Positions 1-9,241 of a stretch of DNA of 64,000 nt are shown here, in pieces. Numbering within the stretch: the stretch's first letter is position 1; every line of letters starts with the position of its first letter. Source of the DNA: an uncultured cyanobacterium (lineage in GTDB: Bacteria; Cyanobacteriota; Cyanobacteriia; CAKZMO01); contig CAVRCJ010000004.1 of assembly GCA_963719515.1 (NCBI GenBank), positions 32,001 through 96,000 on the forward strand, given 5' to 3'. The translations under genes and the position numbers were made by a program. A model generated the notes under the pieces. The model was not told the origin of the DNA, did not search any database, and worked only from the letters and a program-made list of their open reading frames with translations.

Positions 1-2
1 TT

Positions 3-278
3 GAGCTGTATGTGGGTATCGCAAAGTCCTCTGATGCAACGAGGCGGAGTCAGCAGCTCAATACATTGCTTGATGCAGTGACAGTGCTGCCTTTCACTCA
101 GGACATGGCAAAAGCTTCTGCCAGTATTCGCGCCACGCTTGAACGGCGAGGAAAGCCAATTGGGCCGCTTGACGGTTTGATTGCGGGAGTGGCTTTGGCG
201 GAAAGCACAACGCTTGTAACTCATAACACACGGGAGTTTGCCAGGGTGGAAGGACTGTCTCTTACGGACTGGTTCTAG
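3..278 (+). CDS. vapC: PIN-domain (VapC-family) type II toxin, 5' end outside the window
   Basis: Frame is open from position 3 (ELYVGIAKS...). C-terminal PIN signature PIGPLDGLIAGVALA...LVTHNTREFARVEGL. Confidence 0.85.
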   Translation, partial: ELYVGIAKSSDATRRSQQLNTLLDAVTVLPFTQDMAKASASIRATLERRGKPIGPLDGLIAGVALAESTTLVTHNTREFARVEGLSLTDWF

Positions 279-448
279 GCTGGGCTTATTGAAGCGCTTC
301 AGAAAGTAAGTGTAGGGCGATCGCCCTTTTTCGCTGCCCTCATCCTAAATCCCCTAATCTTGGGAGAGGGAAAGTCTTGGTGGGCTATCGTAGACCTATC
401 GCGGGTTTCGTCGCCGCTGCGGTGCGATGTTTTGACTGTACTGAGCGT

Positions 449-3400
449 ATGTCTGACCTTGACCTGATTGAGCAGCTAGGAGATTTCTTACGTCGCCCTC
501 TGATAGAAGTCTCTGAGGAGCGGCTGGAGCGGCATTTTCAGACAAGGTATGAGTGGGATGGAGCGAATCGCATCAATCGAGACGCCTATTCTCTGGCGGA
601 GAATGGCACCGTCAGCGGGCTGTTGCTGCAGCCGGTGACCAGTGAGATTTTATATGATTTTCCCTTTCAACAGCTCACAGATTTAAGGCATTTATATCTA
701 TCGCGAGTCAATCTGTCGGATTGGTCGTTCTTGAGCCACCTAACCGGCCTCACCTCGCTTGATTTAAGTTTCCGCATCAGCGATTGGTCATTCTTGAGCC
801 ACCTAACCGACCTCACCTCGCTTGATTTGAGTTTCACCCGCATCAGCGATGGGTCATTCTTGGGCCACCTAACCAGCCTCACAACGCTTGATTTAAGTGC
901 CAACAGCATCAGCGATGGGTCATTCTTGAGCCACCTAACCAGTCTCACCTCGCTTGATTTAAGTCACAACAGCATCAGCGATGGGTCATTCTTGAGCCAC
1001 CTAACCGGCCTCACCTCGCTTGATTTAAGTCACAACAGCATCAGCGATGGGTCATTCTTGAGCCACCTAACCGGCCTCACCTCGCTTTGTTTAAGTGCCA
1101 ACAGCATCAGCGATGGGTCATTCTTGAGCCACTTAACCGGCCTCACCTCGCTTTGTTTAAGTGCCAACAGCATCAGCGATGGGTCATTCTTGAGCCACCT
1201 AACCGGCCTCACCTCGCTTGATTTAAGTCACAACAGCATCAGCGATGGGTCATTCTTGAGCCACCTAACCGGCCTCACCTCGCTTGATTTGAGTCGCAAC
1301 CGCATCAGCGATGGGTCATTCTTGAGCCATCTAACCGGCCTCACCTCGCTTGATTTAAGTCACAACAGCATCAGCGATGGGTCATTCTTGAGCCACCTAA
1401 CCGGCCTCACCTCGCTTGATTTAAGTTCCAACAGCATCAGCGATGGGTCATTCTTGAGCCACCTAACCGGCCTCACCTCGCTTGATTTAAGTTCCAACAG
1501 CATCAGCGATGGGTCATTCTTGAGCCACCTAACCGGCCTCACCTCGCTTGATTTAAGTTCCAACCGCATCAGCGATGGGTCATTCTTGAGCCACCTAACC
1601 GGCCTCACAGCGCTTGATTTAAGTTTCAACAGCATCAGCGATGGGTCATTCTTGAGCCACCTAACCGGCCTCACAGCGCTTGATTTAAGTTCCAACAGCA
1701 TCAGCGATGGGTCATTCTTGAGCCACCTAACCGGCCTCACAGCGCTTGATTTAAGTTTCAACAGCATCACAGAAATTCCTCGGTGGTTGGCTACAGGCCG
1801 ATTAGCAATTAAAGTTGATGAGCAATATGCTTTCACCTGCATCAACCTCTACAACAATCCCATCAAGGAGCCACCCCTAGAAATTGTCCGTCAAGGCAAC
1901 GCCGCCATTCTCAACTACTACGACCAGCTCGCTGCCCAAGGCGAAGACCACCTCTACGAGGCCAAAATGCTGATCGTCGGCGAAGGCGAAGCGGGCAAAA
2001 CTACCCTAGCCCACAAAATCCCCGACCCCAACTGTCCCCTCTCCCACGTGGACGATCGCACCCGAGGCATCAGCATTCAACCCCACAGCTTTCCCTGCCG
2101 CAGCCGTGACCAAGCCGCAGAACCCCGCGACTTCCACCTCAACATCTGGGACTTCGGCGGCCAAGAAATCTACCACTACACCCACCGCTTCTTCCTCTCC
2201 AAGCGCTCCCTCTACGTCCTCGTCGCCGACAATCGCAAAGACGACACCGACTTCAACTACTGGCTCAACATCATCCAGCGCTTCGCCGGTAACAGCCCCC
2301 TCATCATCGTCCTCAACGAAAAAGGCGACATCCAGCGCAGCCTCAACCGCGCCGACCTGCGGGGCCGCTACCCCGACAGCATCAAAGAAATCCTCTCCGT
2401 CAACTTCAAAACCCAGGAAGAGCCAGACCAAGCCAAAGCCCAGCAGCGTCTCAAAGATATTGATCAGCTCATCGGCCACATTCAGCACCAGGCCCAAAAC
2501 CTCCCCCACATCGGCGAGCCGGTACCCGCCCGCTGGGTAGACGTGCGCCAAGCCGTAGAAGAGGACGATCGCAATCATATCTACCGCGAACAGTTCGACG
2601 AACTCTGCCACACCCAAGAGATCACCAAAAGCGAAGACATCGACACCCTGCTCAGCTACTTCCACGACCTGGGCATCCTCCTCCACTTCGAGAGCAACCC
2701 CCTGCTGCGCAACCGCGTCATCCTCAAGCCCGCCTGGGCCACCAACGCCGTCTACCGCATCTTCGACGACGACAGCATCAAAGCCAAAGCCGGTCGCTTC
2801 ACTCGCCAAGACTGCGCCGCCATCTGGAGCGACCCCCAGTACCGCCGCATGCACGACGTGCTCATCGAGCTGATGAAGAACTTTCGCCTGGTGTACGAAA
2901 TCGGCACCACCGGCAACCTCGTCGCCCCCCAACTGCTGCCCCCCAACACGCCAGCTTATCCCTGGGACGAAGCCCAAAACAGCCACATGCAGCTCCGCTA
3001 CGACGCCTTTATGCCCAAGGGCATCTTCTGGCAGCTCGCCGTCACCCTCTACCGCTACATCCCTAATCACGACTGGGTGTGGCGTAGCGGCATGGTCATC
3101 CAGCGGGGCAACACCTGGGCAGAAGTCAAAGAAGACCTCAACCTCCGCCGCATTTTCCTGCGCTTCTGCGGCCCCAGCATAGCCGAGTTTCGCGCCGTCA
3201 TCGTCGATGAGCTAGACCACATCAGCGGCACCTACCATGGTCTTAACTACGACAAAATGATTCCCTGCCAGTGCAGCGAATGCCAAGTAGCCAATCCGCC
3301 CCACTTTTTTGACTACACAGTTCTCAAGCGGCGGCAGGAATCGGGCAAAAAGCCAACCATTGAGTGCCAGCGCAGCGAGGAAGATGTTTCCCTCCGCTTA

Positions 3401-3523
3401 TTGCTCGAAGGCTTCGACGTTCAAAAAATCGTCGAAAGCGTTGCCCGACAAACAAGGCGACGAGCCCGCGCCGCCTGGGGCACCCCCGGCTGTCGCCGTC
3501 CCCCTTCCCAAGGGGGACTATAA
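449..3523 (+). CDS. Roco-family protein: LRR array, Roc GTPase and COR domain (C-terminal domain cut off by frameshifts)
   Basis: ATG at 449; 16 LRRs; Roc motifs GEGEAGKTTL, TRGI, WDFGGQEIYHYTHRFFL, VLNEK; COR-like LSYFHDLGILLHF...VILKPAWATNAVY; IPCQCSEC...IECQRS Cys cluster. Confidence 0.9.
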   Translation: MSDLDLIEQLGDFLRRPLIEVSEERLERHFQTRYEWDGANRINRDAYSLAENGTVSGLLLQPVTSEILYDFPFQQLTDLRHLYLSRVNLSDWSFLSHLTGLTSLDLSFRISDWSFLSHLTDLTSLDLSFTRISDGSFLGHLTSLTTLDLSANSISDGSFLSHLTSLTSLDLSHNSISDGSFLSHLTGLTSLDLSHNSISDGSFLSHLTGLTSLCLSANSISDGSFLSHLTGLTSLCLSANSISDGSFLSHLTGLTSLDLSHNSISDGSFLSHLTGLTSLDLSRNRISDGSFLSHLTGLTSLDLSHNSISDGSFLSHLTGLTSLDLSSNSISDGSFLSHLTGLTSLDLSSNSISDGSFLSHLTGLTSLDLSSNRISDGSFLSHLTGLTALDLSFNSISDGSFLSHLTGLTALDLSSNSISDGSFLSHLTGLTALDLSFNSITEIPRWLATGRLAIKVDEQYAFTCINLYNNPIKEPPLEIVRQGNAAILNYYDQLAAQGEDHLYEAKMLIVGEGEAGKTTLAHKIPDPNCPLSHVDDRTRGISIQPHSFPCRSRDQAAEPRDFHLNIWDFGGQEIYHYTHRFFLSKRSLYVLVADNRKDDTDFNYWLNIIQRFAGNSPLIIVLNEKGDIQRSLNRADLRGRYPDSIKEILSVNFKTQEEPDQAKAQQRLKDIDQLIGHIQHQAQNLPHIGEPVPARWVDVRQAVEEDDRNHIYREQFDELCHTQEITKSEDIDTLLSYFHDLGILLHFESNPLLRNRVILKPAWATNAVYRIFDDDSIKAKAGRFTRQDCAAIWSDPQYRRMHDVLIELMKNFRLVYEIGTTGNLVAPQLLPPNTPAYPWDEAQNSHMQLRYDAFMPKGIFWQLAVTLYRYIPNHDWVWRSGMVIQRGNTWAEVKEDLNLRRIFLRFCGPSIAEFRAVIVDELDHISGTYHGLNYDKMIPCQCSECQVANPPHFFDYTVLKRRQESGKKPTIECQRSEEDVSLRLLLEGFDVQKIVESVARQTRRRARAAWGTPGCRRPPSQGGL
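725..1777 (+). repeat. Intragenic tandem array of 16 near-identical 66-nt units (first unit 63 nt) encoding 22-aa LRRs
   Basis: Unit TCATTCTTGAGCCACCTAACCGGCCTCACCTCGCTTGATTTAAGTnnCAACAGCATCAGCGATGGG = SFLSHLTGLTSLDLSxNSISDG, repeated head to tail. Confidence 0.97.
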
Positions 3524-4056
3524 GCCGTATCCAGCAGGCGCAAACACCTATGCAATGCAAACCATCAAAATCTTTCTTGGCCTCCTCCTCAGAGCTGAAA
3601 GGCGATCGCGAGCAGTTCGAGATTTTCATCAGCCGCAAGAACAAGCAGACTGTACAAGACGGCATTTTCCTAGAGCTGGTGATTTGGGAAGACTTCCTCA
3701 GCGCCCTGTCCAAAACGCGATCGCAAGACGAATACAACCTCGCGATCGCCAACTGCGACATCTTCCTCTGCCTTGCCCACACCAAAGTCGGCCAATACAC
3801 CAACGAAGAATTTCTCGTCGCCCTAGAAACCTTCAAGGACAGCGATCGCCCCCTAATCTGGACTTACTTCAAAGACGCCGCCGTCAACATGAGCCGCATC
3901 ACGCCAGAAATCATGACCTTACTCAACTTCAAACAGCAGCTCTCTGACATGGAGCATTTCTATCAAAACTATGCCGACGGCAACGATCTCCTGCGTCAGT
4001 TTGGCGAGCAGTTGCTCAAGGTGCTGCCGCGATTAACTGGCGGCGACCCTCGTTAG
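3441..4056 (+). pseudogene. Frameshifted C-terminal continuation of the Roco gene: Pro-rich linker and TIR/DUF4062-like domain
   Basis: After ~3440 the +1 frame reads LPDKQGDEPAPPG...MQTIKIFL. After ~3576 the next frame reads ASSSELKGDREQFEIFI...SQDEYNLAIANCDIFLCL...VGQYTNEEF...to the stop at 4056. Removing one base at each site gives one continuous ORF. Confidence 0.75.
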
Positions 4057-4157
4057 ATTTATCCATCAGAACGTCGCCAGTAGCTTTCTCACAGCGTATT
4101 TAGTACAATAGAACCACTCACCATCCTGTACGGTTCAGCAAGTGAGACTCAAGTGCT

Positions 4158-4409
4158 ATGGATAAACCCAACGTCAAAACATCCCAGAATCCCGCGCCCC
4201 AAGAAGCGCCCAAAGATTCGACCCTCATCGCCGATATCATCGAAGCCCTTACCTTCGTATCCGAGCAGGGGTGCCCCGAACTCGCTAAAGACGCCGGGCG
4301 GGTCATGCAGCAGTACCCCGAAATGGTGAAGCGGACCGCCTGGACGCAGCTGCCCGCCGAGACAAGGCGATCGCTACAGCAGCTTTTGCGGGACGAACAA
4401 GCGGCTTAG
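4158..4409 (+). CDS. Hypothetical protein (83 aa)
   Basis: ATG start, plausible helical composition, fills the gap between flanking genes. Confidence 0.55.
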   Translation: MDKPNVKTSQNPAPQEAPKDSTLIADIIEALTFVSEQGCPELAKDAGRVMQQYPEMVKRTAWTQLPAETRRSLQQLLRDEQAA

Positions 4410-4517
4410 CGCTATCGCGCTTCAATCTCACTGCGCCTTTGTTTCTTTGGGGGGACGAACGCGCAGGGTAATTTTTGCCACCCTAAACGTGTTCTTAAGT
4501 CTCGAGGAATTACGGTT

Positions 4518-4751
4518 ATGGCGACTACGCCCACAAGCGACATCATCAGCAATCTAGAGTACGACTGGGTGAGCACGATGCACAACAAAGCTGAGGCCCT
4601 CAAAGCCTACGAGCAGTACATCAGTGACGCGGAGGCCGCTGGATCTCAGCCCTGTGTCGACCTGTTTAAGAAGATTCGCGACGCGGAGATTGAGCAGATT
4701 CGCGAGATTCGCGAGCATCTTATGACCGTGATGCAGCAGGGCAAGATGTAG
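4518..4751 (+). CDS. Small helical hypothetical protein, possibly half of a ferritin-like fold
   Basis: GAGG upstream. SNLEYDW...NKAEALKAYEQYISDAE...CVDLFKKIRDAE...HL pattern resembles small conserved cyanobacterial proteins. Confidence 0.75.
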   Translation: MATTPTSDIISNLEYDWVSTMHNKAEALKAYEQYISDAEAAGSQPCVDLFKKIRDAEIEQIREIREHLMTVMQQGKM

Positions 4752-4897
4752 CCGTGAACAGAGTTGGCAACGCTGCAGCCTAGATTGCCCTGATCCGGGC
4801 AACGCCCATTGGTGTGAAGATTGTATAGAATGACTTCTGGGCAGACGGTGAGAGAGTCTGCCTTTTTAAGGGTATTGCCTCCGCTGTCTGAATTTCT

Positions 4898-6466
4898 ATG
4901 CTGCATCGCGTTGCCAAACGACTCTCCCCAACCTCGATTTCCTACGGCCTGATTGCCGTTGGGGTTATGCTGCGTCTGGTGCAATACGCCTCGGGGCGAT
5001 CGCTGTGGGGGGATGAGGCGAAGCTGGCGCTCAACATCGTCAATCGCTCCTACCCCGAGCTGTTTCAGGTTTTAGACTATGACCAGGTCGCCCCTGTGGG
5101 GTTTTTGCTGGTGGAAAAGGCGATCGCCCAGGTGCTTGGGGCCAGCGAGGCAGCGCTGCGGCTGTTTCCGCTGGTGGCGGGCATTGGGGCGCTGACGCTG
5201 GCCTATCAGCTGGCGCGACGGACCCTCTCTCCGCTAGCGGTGCCTATCGCGCTGGCGTTCGTGGCTTTTTCTAGTCGGCTGGTGTACTACTCATCTGAAG
5301 TCAAGCCCTACGCCCTGGACGTTGCCCTGACCCTAGCAATTTTGGCCTATGGGGCGTTTGACCCCAGAACGGTGACCAGAACCCAGGCGATAAGAGCCGC
5401 GCTGATTGGGGCGATCGCCGTGTGGTTTTCCTATCCGGCGGTGTTCGCGTTAGCAGGGGTGGGCCTGGTGTGCATCGCGCCAGCGCTGGCGCACCAAGGT
5501 CGCCCCCACCCTAAGCCCATTCGCTGGGAACCAACCCTGCTGACTGTTTTGCCCTGGGCGCTCAGCTTTTTGGTCTTCTACGCGGTCTCCGTTCACAGCA
5601 ACACGGGCAACAGTACCCTACAGGACTCCTGGGCCTCCCGCCGCGCCTTTCCCGCTTCCCTGCCAGACCTAGACTGGCTGTTCTATTCCCTGAAGCGCAT
5701 GTTCGAGAAGCCCCTCAGCTTTCCGTCCCCAGTGCTAAACTATCTGGCGATCGTGGCTTGGCTGGTGGGCAGCGCGGCTTTTTTCCGTCGGGGCAGGCCG
5801 GGAGCCTATGCGCTGTTGATGTCGCCGCTGGTTATGAGTCTGCTGGCGGCCTACCTCAACAAGTACCCGTTTTATAGCCGCCTGATCGTCTTTTTGGTGC
5901 CTCTATTTGCCATGGTGATTGCGGAGGGGATAGCGACGCTGCTGCGGCTGCGGTGGCCCGCTGCGCTAGCGGGGATGGCCCTGGCGATCGCTCTGCTCTA
6001 TTTGCCTGTGGTTACCGGCAGCAGCGTTTTGATTAGCCCCCGCATTGACGAAGACATTAGGCCGCTGATGGGCTACGTGCAGCAGCACCGCCAGCCCGGA
6101 GACGTGCTGTATGTGTTTCAAAAAAGCAAGTTTCAGTTTCAGTTTTACCAGTCAGAGTATGGCTACGACGCCGACGATTACATCGTTGGCATAGACCCAG
6201 AAGACCTGGGTGTGAGTGACTCCGGCGGTCTGCGCCGGCTGTACGGTAAAGACATCAAAAAGCTCTGCGGCGAGGAGCGGGTGTGGGTGCTGGTGGCCGA
6301 TATCAACCTTCGCAGCGATACGGTGATTTTGCTAGAGCAGCTAGAGCGCCTGGGCCAGCGAGCAGAGCGTATAGAGGCAGACGGGCTGTCTAGCTTTGTA
6401 GACCGCTACGACCTCTCGGCCTGCGGCCCTGTGGCGATCGCCCGCAGCGTCAGCCGTCGCCCGTGA
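4898..6466 (+). CDS. GT-C fold glycosyltransferase (GT39/PMT-like) membrane protein
   Basis: N-terminal TM followed by RSLWGDEA, APVGFL, LRLFPL, YSSEVKPYALD; many TM helices; soluble C-terminal domain. Confidence 0.8.
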   Translation: MLHRVAKRLSPTSISYGLIAVGVMLRLVQYASGRSLWGDEAKLALNIVNRSYPELFQVLDYDQVAPVGFLLVEKAIAQVLGASEAALRLFPLVAGIGALTLAYQLARRTLSPLAVPIALAFVAFSSRLVYYSSEVKPYALDVALTLAILAYGAFDPRTVTRTQAIRAALIGAIAVWFSYPAVFALAGVGLVCIAPALAHQGRPHPKPIRWEPTLLTVLPWALSFLVFYAVSVHSNTGNSTLQDSWASRRAFPASLPDLDWLFYSLKRMFEKPLSFPSPVLNYLAIVAWLVGSAAFFRRGRPGAYALLMSPLVMSLLAAYLNKYPFYSRLIVFLVPLFAMVIAEGIATLLRLRWPAALAGMALAIALLYLPVVTGSSVLISPRIDEDIRPLMGYVQQHRQPGDVLYVFQKSKFQFQFYQSEYGYDADDYIVGIDPEDLGVSDSGGLRRLYGKDIKKLCGEERVWVLVADINLRSDTVILLEQLERLGQRAERIEADGLSSFVDRYDLSACGPVAIARSVSRRP

Positions 6467-8151
6467 TGCCGTTTCCCTCGGCGGCAGGCCGCCTGTTCAA
6501 CAAAGCGATTCCTGCGCGGCTGTGGCTGATGGCAACCCTAAGCGTAGTGCTGGTTTACAGCGCTCCGATGCTGCGTCAGGCCTTCAGCGCCGCCGATGTC
6601 GTGCAGGACGACGCCCGGCAGCATGTGTTTTGGATGCAGCGCTTTCTCGCCCCGGACCTGTTTCCCCAAGACCTGATTGCCGACTATTTTCAGGCCGTTG
6701 CCCCTCCGGGCTATACCGCGCTCTACTGGCTGGCCGCCCAGCTGGGCATTCCGCCCCTGCTGTTTCACAAACTGCTGCCTCTGCCGCTGATGCTGCTGAC
6801 GGCGGGGCTCTGCTTTGCCCTGACGCTGCGGCTGTTGCCCAGTCCTCCGGCAGCGGCGATCGCCTCTCTGCTGCTGGCTCAGGGCCTAGGGCTGACGGAC
6901 GCCATTGTCTCCGCCACCCCCAAAGCTTTTATTTACCCGCTGCTGCTGGGGCTGCTGTATACCTTGGCCGCAGGCTGGCGCTGGGGCACCGTTGGCGTGA
7001 TTGCCCTCCAAGGTCTGTTTTACCCGCAGCTGGCGCTGATTGCCGTAGTACTGCTGCTGCTGCGTCTGGTGGATTGGCGACAGCGGACATTGGCTCCGCA
7101 GCACTACTGGACGGCGGCGGGGGGCATTGTGGCGGTGGGGCTGGTGCTACTGCCCTACGCCCTGCAGTCCCACGGCTATGGCCCCACCCTCACCCTTGCC
7201 GAGGCGCGATCGCTGCCCGAGCTGAGCCTTCCCGGCGGTCGGGCTCGCTTTTTCTACGACGACCCCGCCACCTACTGGCTCAAAGGCCGCAGCGGCTTAC
7301 GGCTAGCAACGGCGCTCACTCCGGTAACCAACGCGCTTGGGCTGCTGCTGCCTGCCCTCTATCGCCGCCCGCTGCTGCGCAAAGCTCGCTCCCTAGCGCT
7401 GCTGCCCCAGCTCGCGGCGGCCTCGCTGGTGATGTTCGCGGCGGCTCACCTGCTGCTGTTTCGGCTCCACTTGCCCAGCCGCTACACCCAGCATAGTTTC
7501 CGGGTGGTGCTCAGCGTCGCGGCGGCGATCGCTATTGTGACCCTCATAGACAGCGGCTGGCGCTGGGCTCGTTCCGCCTGGCAGCAGGCGATCGCTTTGG
7601 CCGTGACCGTAGTGCTGGGGGCCACGGTCCTGCTCTACCCCCTATGGACCGGCGGCCCCGTCACCGCCTACGAAGTGGGGCAGGCTCCGGCACTGTATGG
7701 GTTTCTTCGGCAGCAGCCCGTCAATTCGCTCGTGGCGTCGATCTCCGCTGAGGCCAATAACCTGCCCAGCTTTACGGGGCGCTCTATCTTGGTGGGCGAT
7801 GAGTACGCTATCCCCTACCACACCGGCTACTACCAGCAGATTCGCGACCGCATCCGGCGATTGATCGAGGCTCAGTACAGCGCCGATCCGGCCCTGGTGC
7901 AGCAGTTCATCAGCGACTATGGCGTTACCCACTGGCTGCTAGACCGCAATGCGTTTGGGCCACGCTACCTGGAAAATAATTCGCTGGTGCAGCAGTTCCC
8001 CGAATTCGCGCCCGCCGCCAACGCCGCAGGGACGCCCGCACTGCAGCAGACTGTCAGGCGCAAGGCCTGTGTAGCGTTTCGCGACGATCGGTACATTGTG
8101 CTCGGTGCGGCCTGTCTGCAGGAGAGCGATCGCCTCAAGCCAGAGGGCTAG
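6466..8151 (+). CDS. Polytopic membrane protein, putative GT-C-like glycosyltransferase; paralog of 47786..49522
   Basis: TGATG stop/start overlap with the upstream gene. VQDDARQH loop after the first TM; ATPKAFIYP, LQGLFYPQ, LPSRY motifs. Confidence 0.7.
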   Translation: MPFPSAAGRLFNKAIPARLWLMATLSVVLVYSAPMLRQAFSAADVVQDDARQHVFWMQRFLAPDLFPQDLIADYFQAVAPPGYTALYWLAAQLGIPPLLFHKLLPLPLMLLTAGLCFALTLRLLPSPPAAAIASLLLAQGLGLTDAIVSATPKAFIYPLLLGLLYTLAAGWRWGTVGVIALQGLFYPQLALIAVVLLLLRLVDWRQRTLAPQHYWTAAGGIVAVGLVLLPYALQSHGYGPTLTLAEARSLPELSLPGGRARFFYDDPATYWLKGRSGLRLATALTPVTNALGLLLPALYRRPLLRKARSLALLPQLAAASLVMFAAAHLLLFRLHLPSRYTQHSFRVVLSVAAAIAIVTLIDSGWRWARSAWQQAIALAVTVVLGATVLLYPLWTGGPVTAYEVGQAPALYGFLRQQPVNSLVASISAEANNLPSFTGRSILVGDEYAIPYHTGYYQQIRDRIRRLIEAQYSADPALVQQFISDYGVTHWLLDRNAFGPRYLENNSLVQQFPEFAPAANAAGTPALQQTVRRKACVAFRDDRYIVLGAACLQESDRLKPEG

Positions 8152-8438
8152 GAGAGGCAGCTGGCAATGGTCTGCTCAAGTTCGGGGCGCTCTAGCTCCG
8201 TCAGCACAAACACTTCCTGCGTTGTCTTACCCTTGCGGGCGATCAGCTTAAAGCCGCCGCGAATGGGCACCGAGACCTTGAGCTTTAGCTGGGGAGCGTT
8301 GGAGCGAGAGCGGCTGAGGACGGCAGGCGTGACCGTGCGAATGCCGGAGCATTTCACTAACCGCTCCAAAACCGGGATTAGGCCCGGCAGGTGGGTGGAG
8401 TGGTTCCAGACGAGTCGCCCGCTGGATGAGTCAGCCAT
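8148..8438 (-). CDS. DUF2103 family protein
   Basis: GRLVWNHSTHLPGLIPVLERL...GFKLIARKGKTTQEVF, recalled as typical of cyanobacterial DUF2103. Confidence 0.8.
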   Translation of the reverse strand: MADSSSGRLVWNHSTHLPGLIPVLERLVKCSGIRTVTPAVLSRSRSNAPQLKLKVSVPIRGGFKLIARKGKTTQEVFVLTELERPELEQTIASCLS

Positions 8439-8480
8439 TTTGCGCTCCTGAATCGGCGCCAGCCAAGCTTAAGCGCGACA

Positions 8481-8849
8481 TTAAACCTTTTCCAGAGGAG
8501 CCATAGTCAGCCCTTCGCGGCTCAGCTGCTGATGATAAAATTCGGCCTGCTCGAGCGGCCCGACCCAAACGGTGGCCTGTCCCTCATGGTGAATCTTGTT
8601 GGTGAGATCCCAGGCCTGGTCTGGGTTGAGGCCAGGAATGTATTTCATCAGGCATTTGGCGACGTGCTGAAACGTGTTGACGTCGTCATTTAGAACAATG
8701 ACCTTGTAATTGGGGTACTGTTTGGGAGCAACTTGACGCGATTGAGTCGGCGCAACCGTAGGGGCTGCTCCAATAGCGACGGGCCCAACAGTGACGGATT
8801 TGATGGTGGTGGACCCGGCGGTGGCGGGCCTAAAGGCTGCGATGCGCAT
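8481..8849 (-). CDS. clpS: ATP-dependent Clp protease adaptor ClpS (start uncertain)
   Basis: YPNYKVIVLNDDVNTFQHV...IHHEGQATVWVGPLEQAE. Confidence 0.92.
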   Translation of the reverse strand: MRIAAFRPATAGSTTIKSVTVGPVAIGAAPTVAPTQSRQVAPKQYPNYKVIVLNDDVNTFQHVAKCLMKYIPGLNPDQAWDLTNKIHHEGQATVWVGPLEQAEFYHQQLSREGLTMAPLEKV

Positions 8850-9241
8850 TGTATTCTTCCGAGGTCTGCAGGGCGGTAGATAAAGCGTTCAAGTAATAAA
8901 AAATATATAGCTTCAGTAGCCTAATTTTAACACCCTCTACGAATGACGTAGAGAGCTGAGATGAAGTCCTTCGAACAGGCCGCAAAGATTGAGTAAGGAG
9001 GGGAAGCCTGCTCCGAGGGGCTGGGATAGTCTTCACCCGGCTGGAGTCACGGCGCTCCCCTGAGAATTGTGCTCAACATAGGAGACACGCAGCGCAGTCT
9101 CCTCGAAGATAGATCGGAGACAAAACTGAAAGCGGCGACCCGGCCCCGGCCGGGGCACGATCAGCCTCAGCTGCAGAGAGCGCCGTATAATATCAGCGCG
9201 ACTGCACACCGAGATTGCCTAGACAAGGAACCCCACCGTCA

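Noticed and set aside
725..1777. 66-bp repeat array as a CRISPR array or DGR template/variable repeat
   Set aside because: Units are contiguous and in frame, with no unique spacers and no cas genes. Variation is not adenine-specific and no reverse transcriptase is present in the window.
2006..3070. Long antisense and alternative-frame ORFs (for example 2006..3070, 2106..2540, 6522..7496, 62023..62616)
   Set aside because: These are shadows of well-supported genes with GC-biased codon usage and show no family motifs.
3420..3585. Programmed ribosomal frameshifting to express the Roco effector
   Set aside because: Two separate +1 shifts would be required and no clear stimulatory signal is seen. 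Homopolymer error or mutation is simpler.
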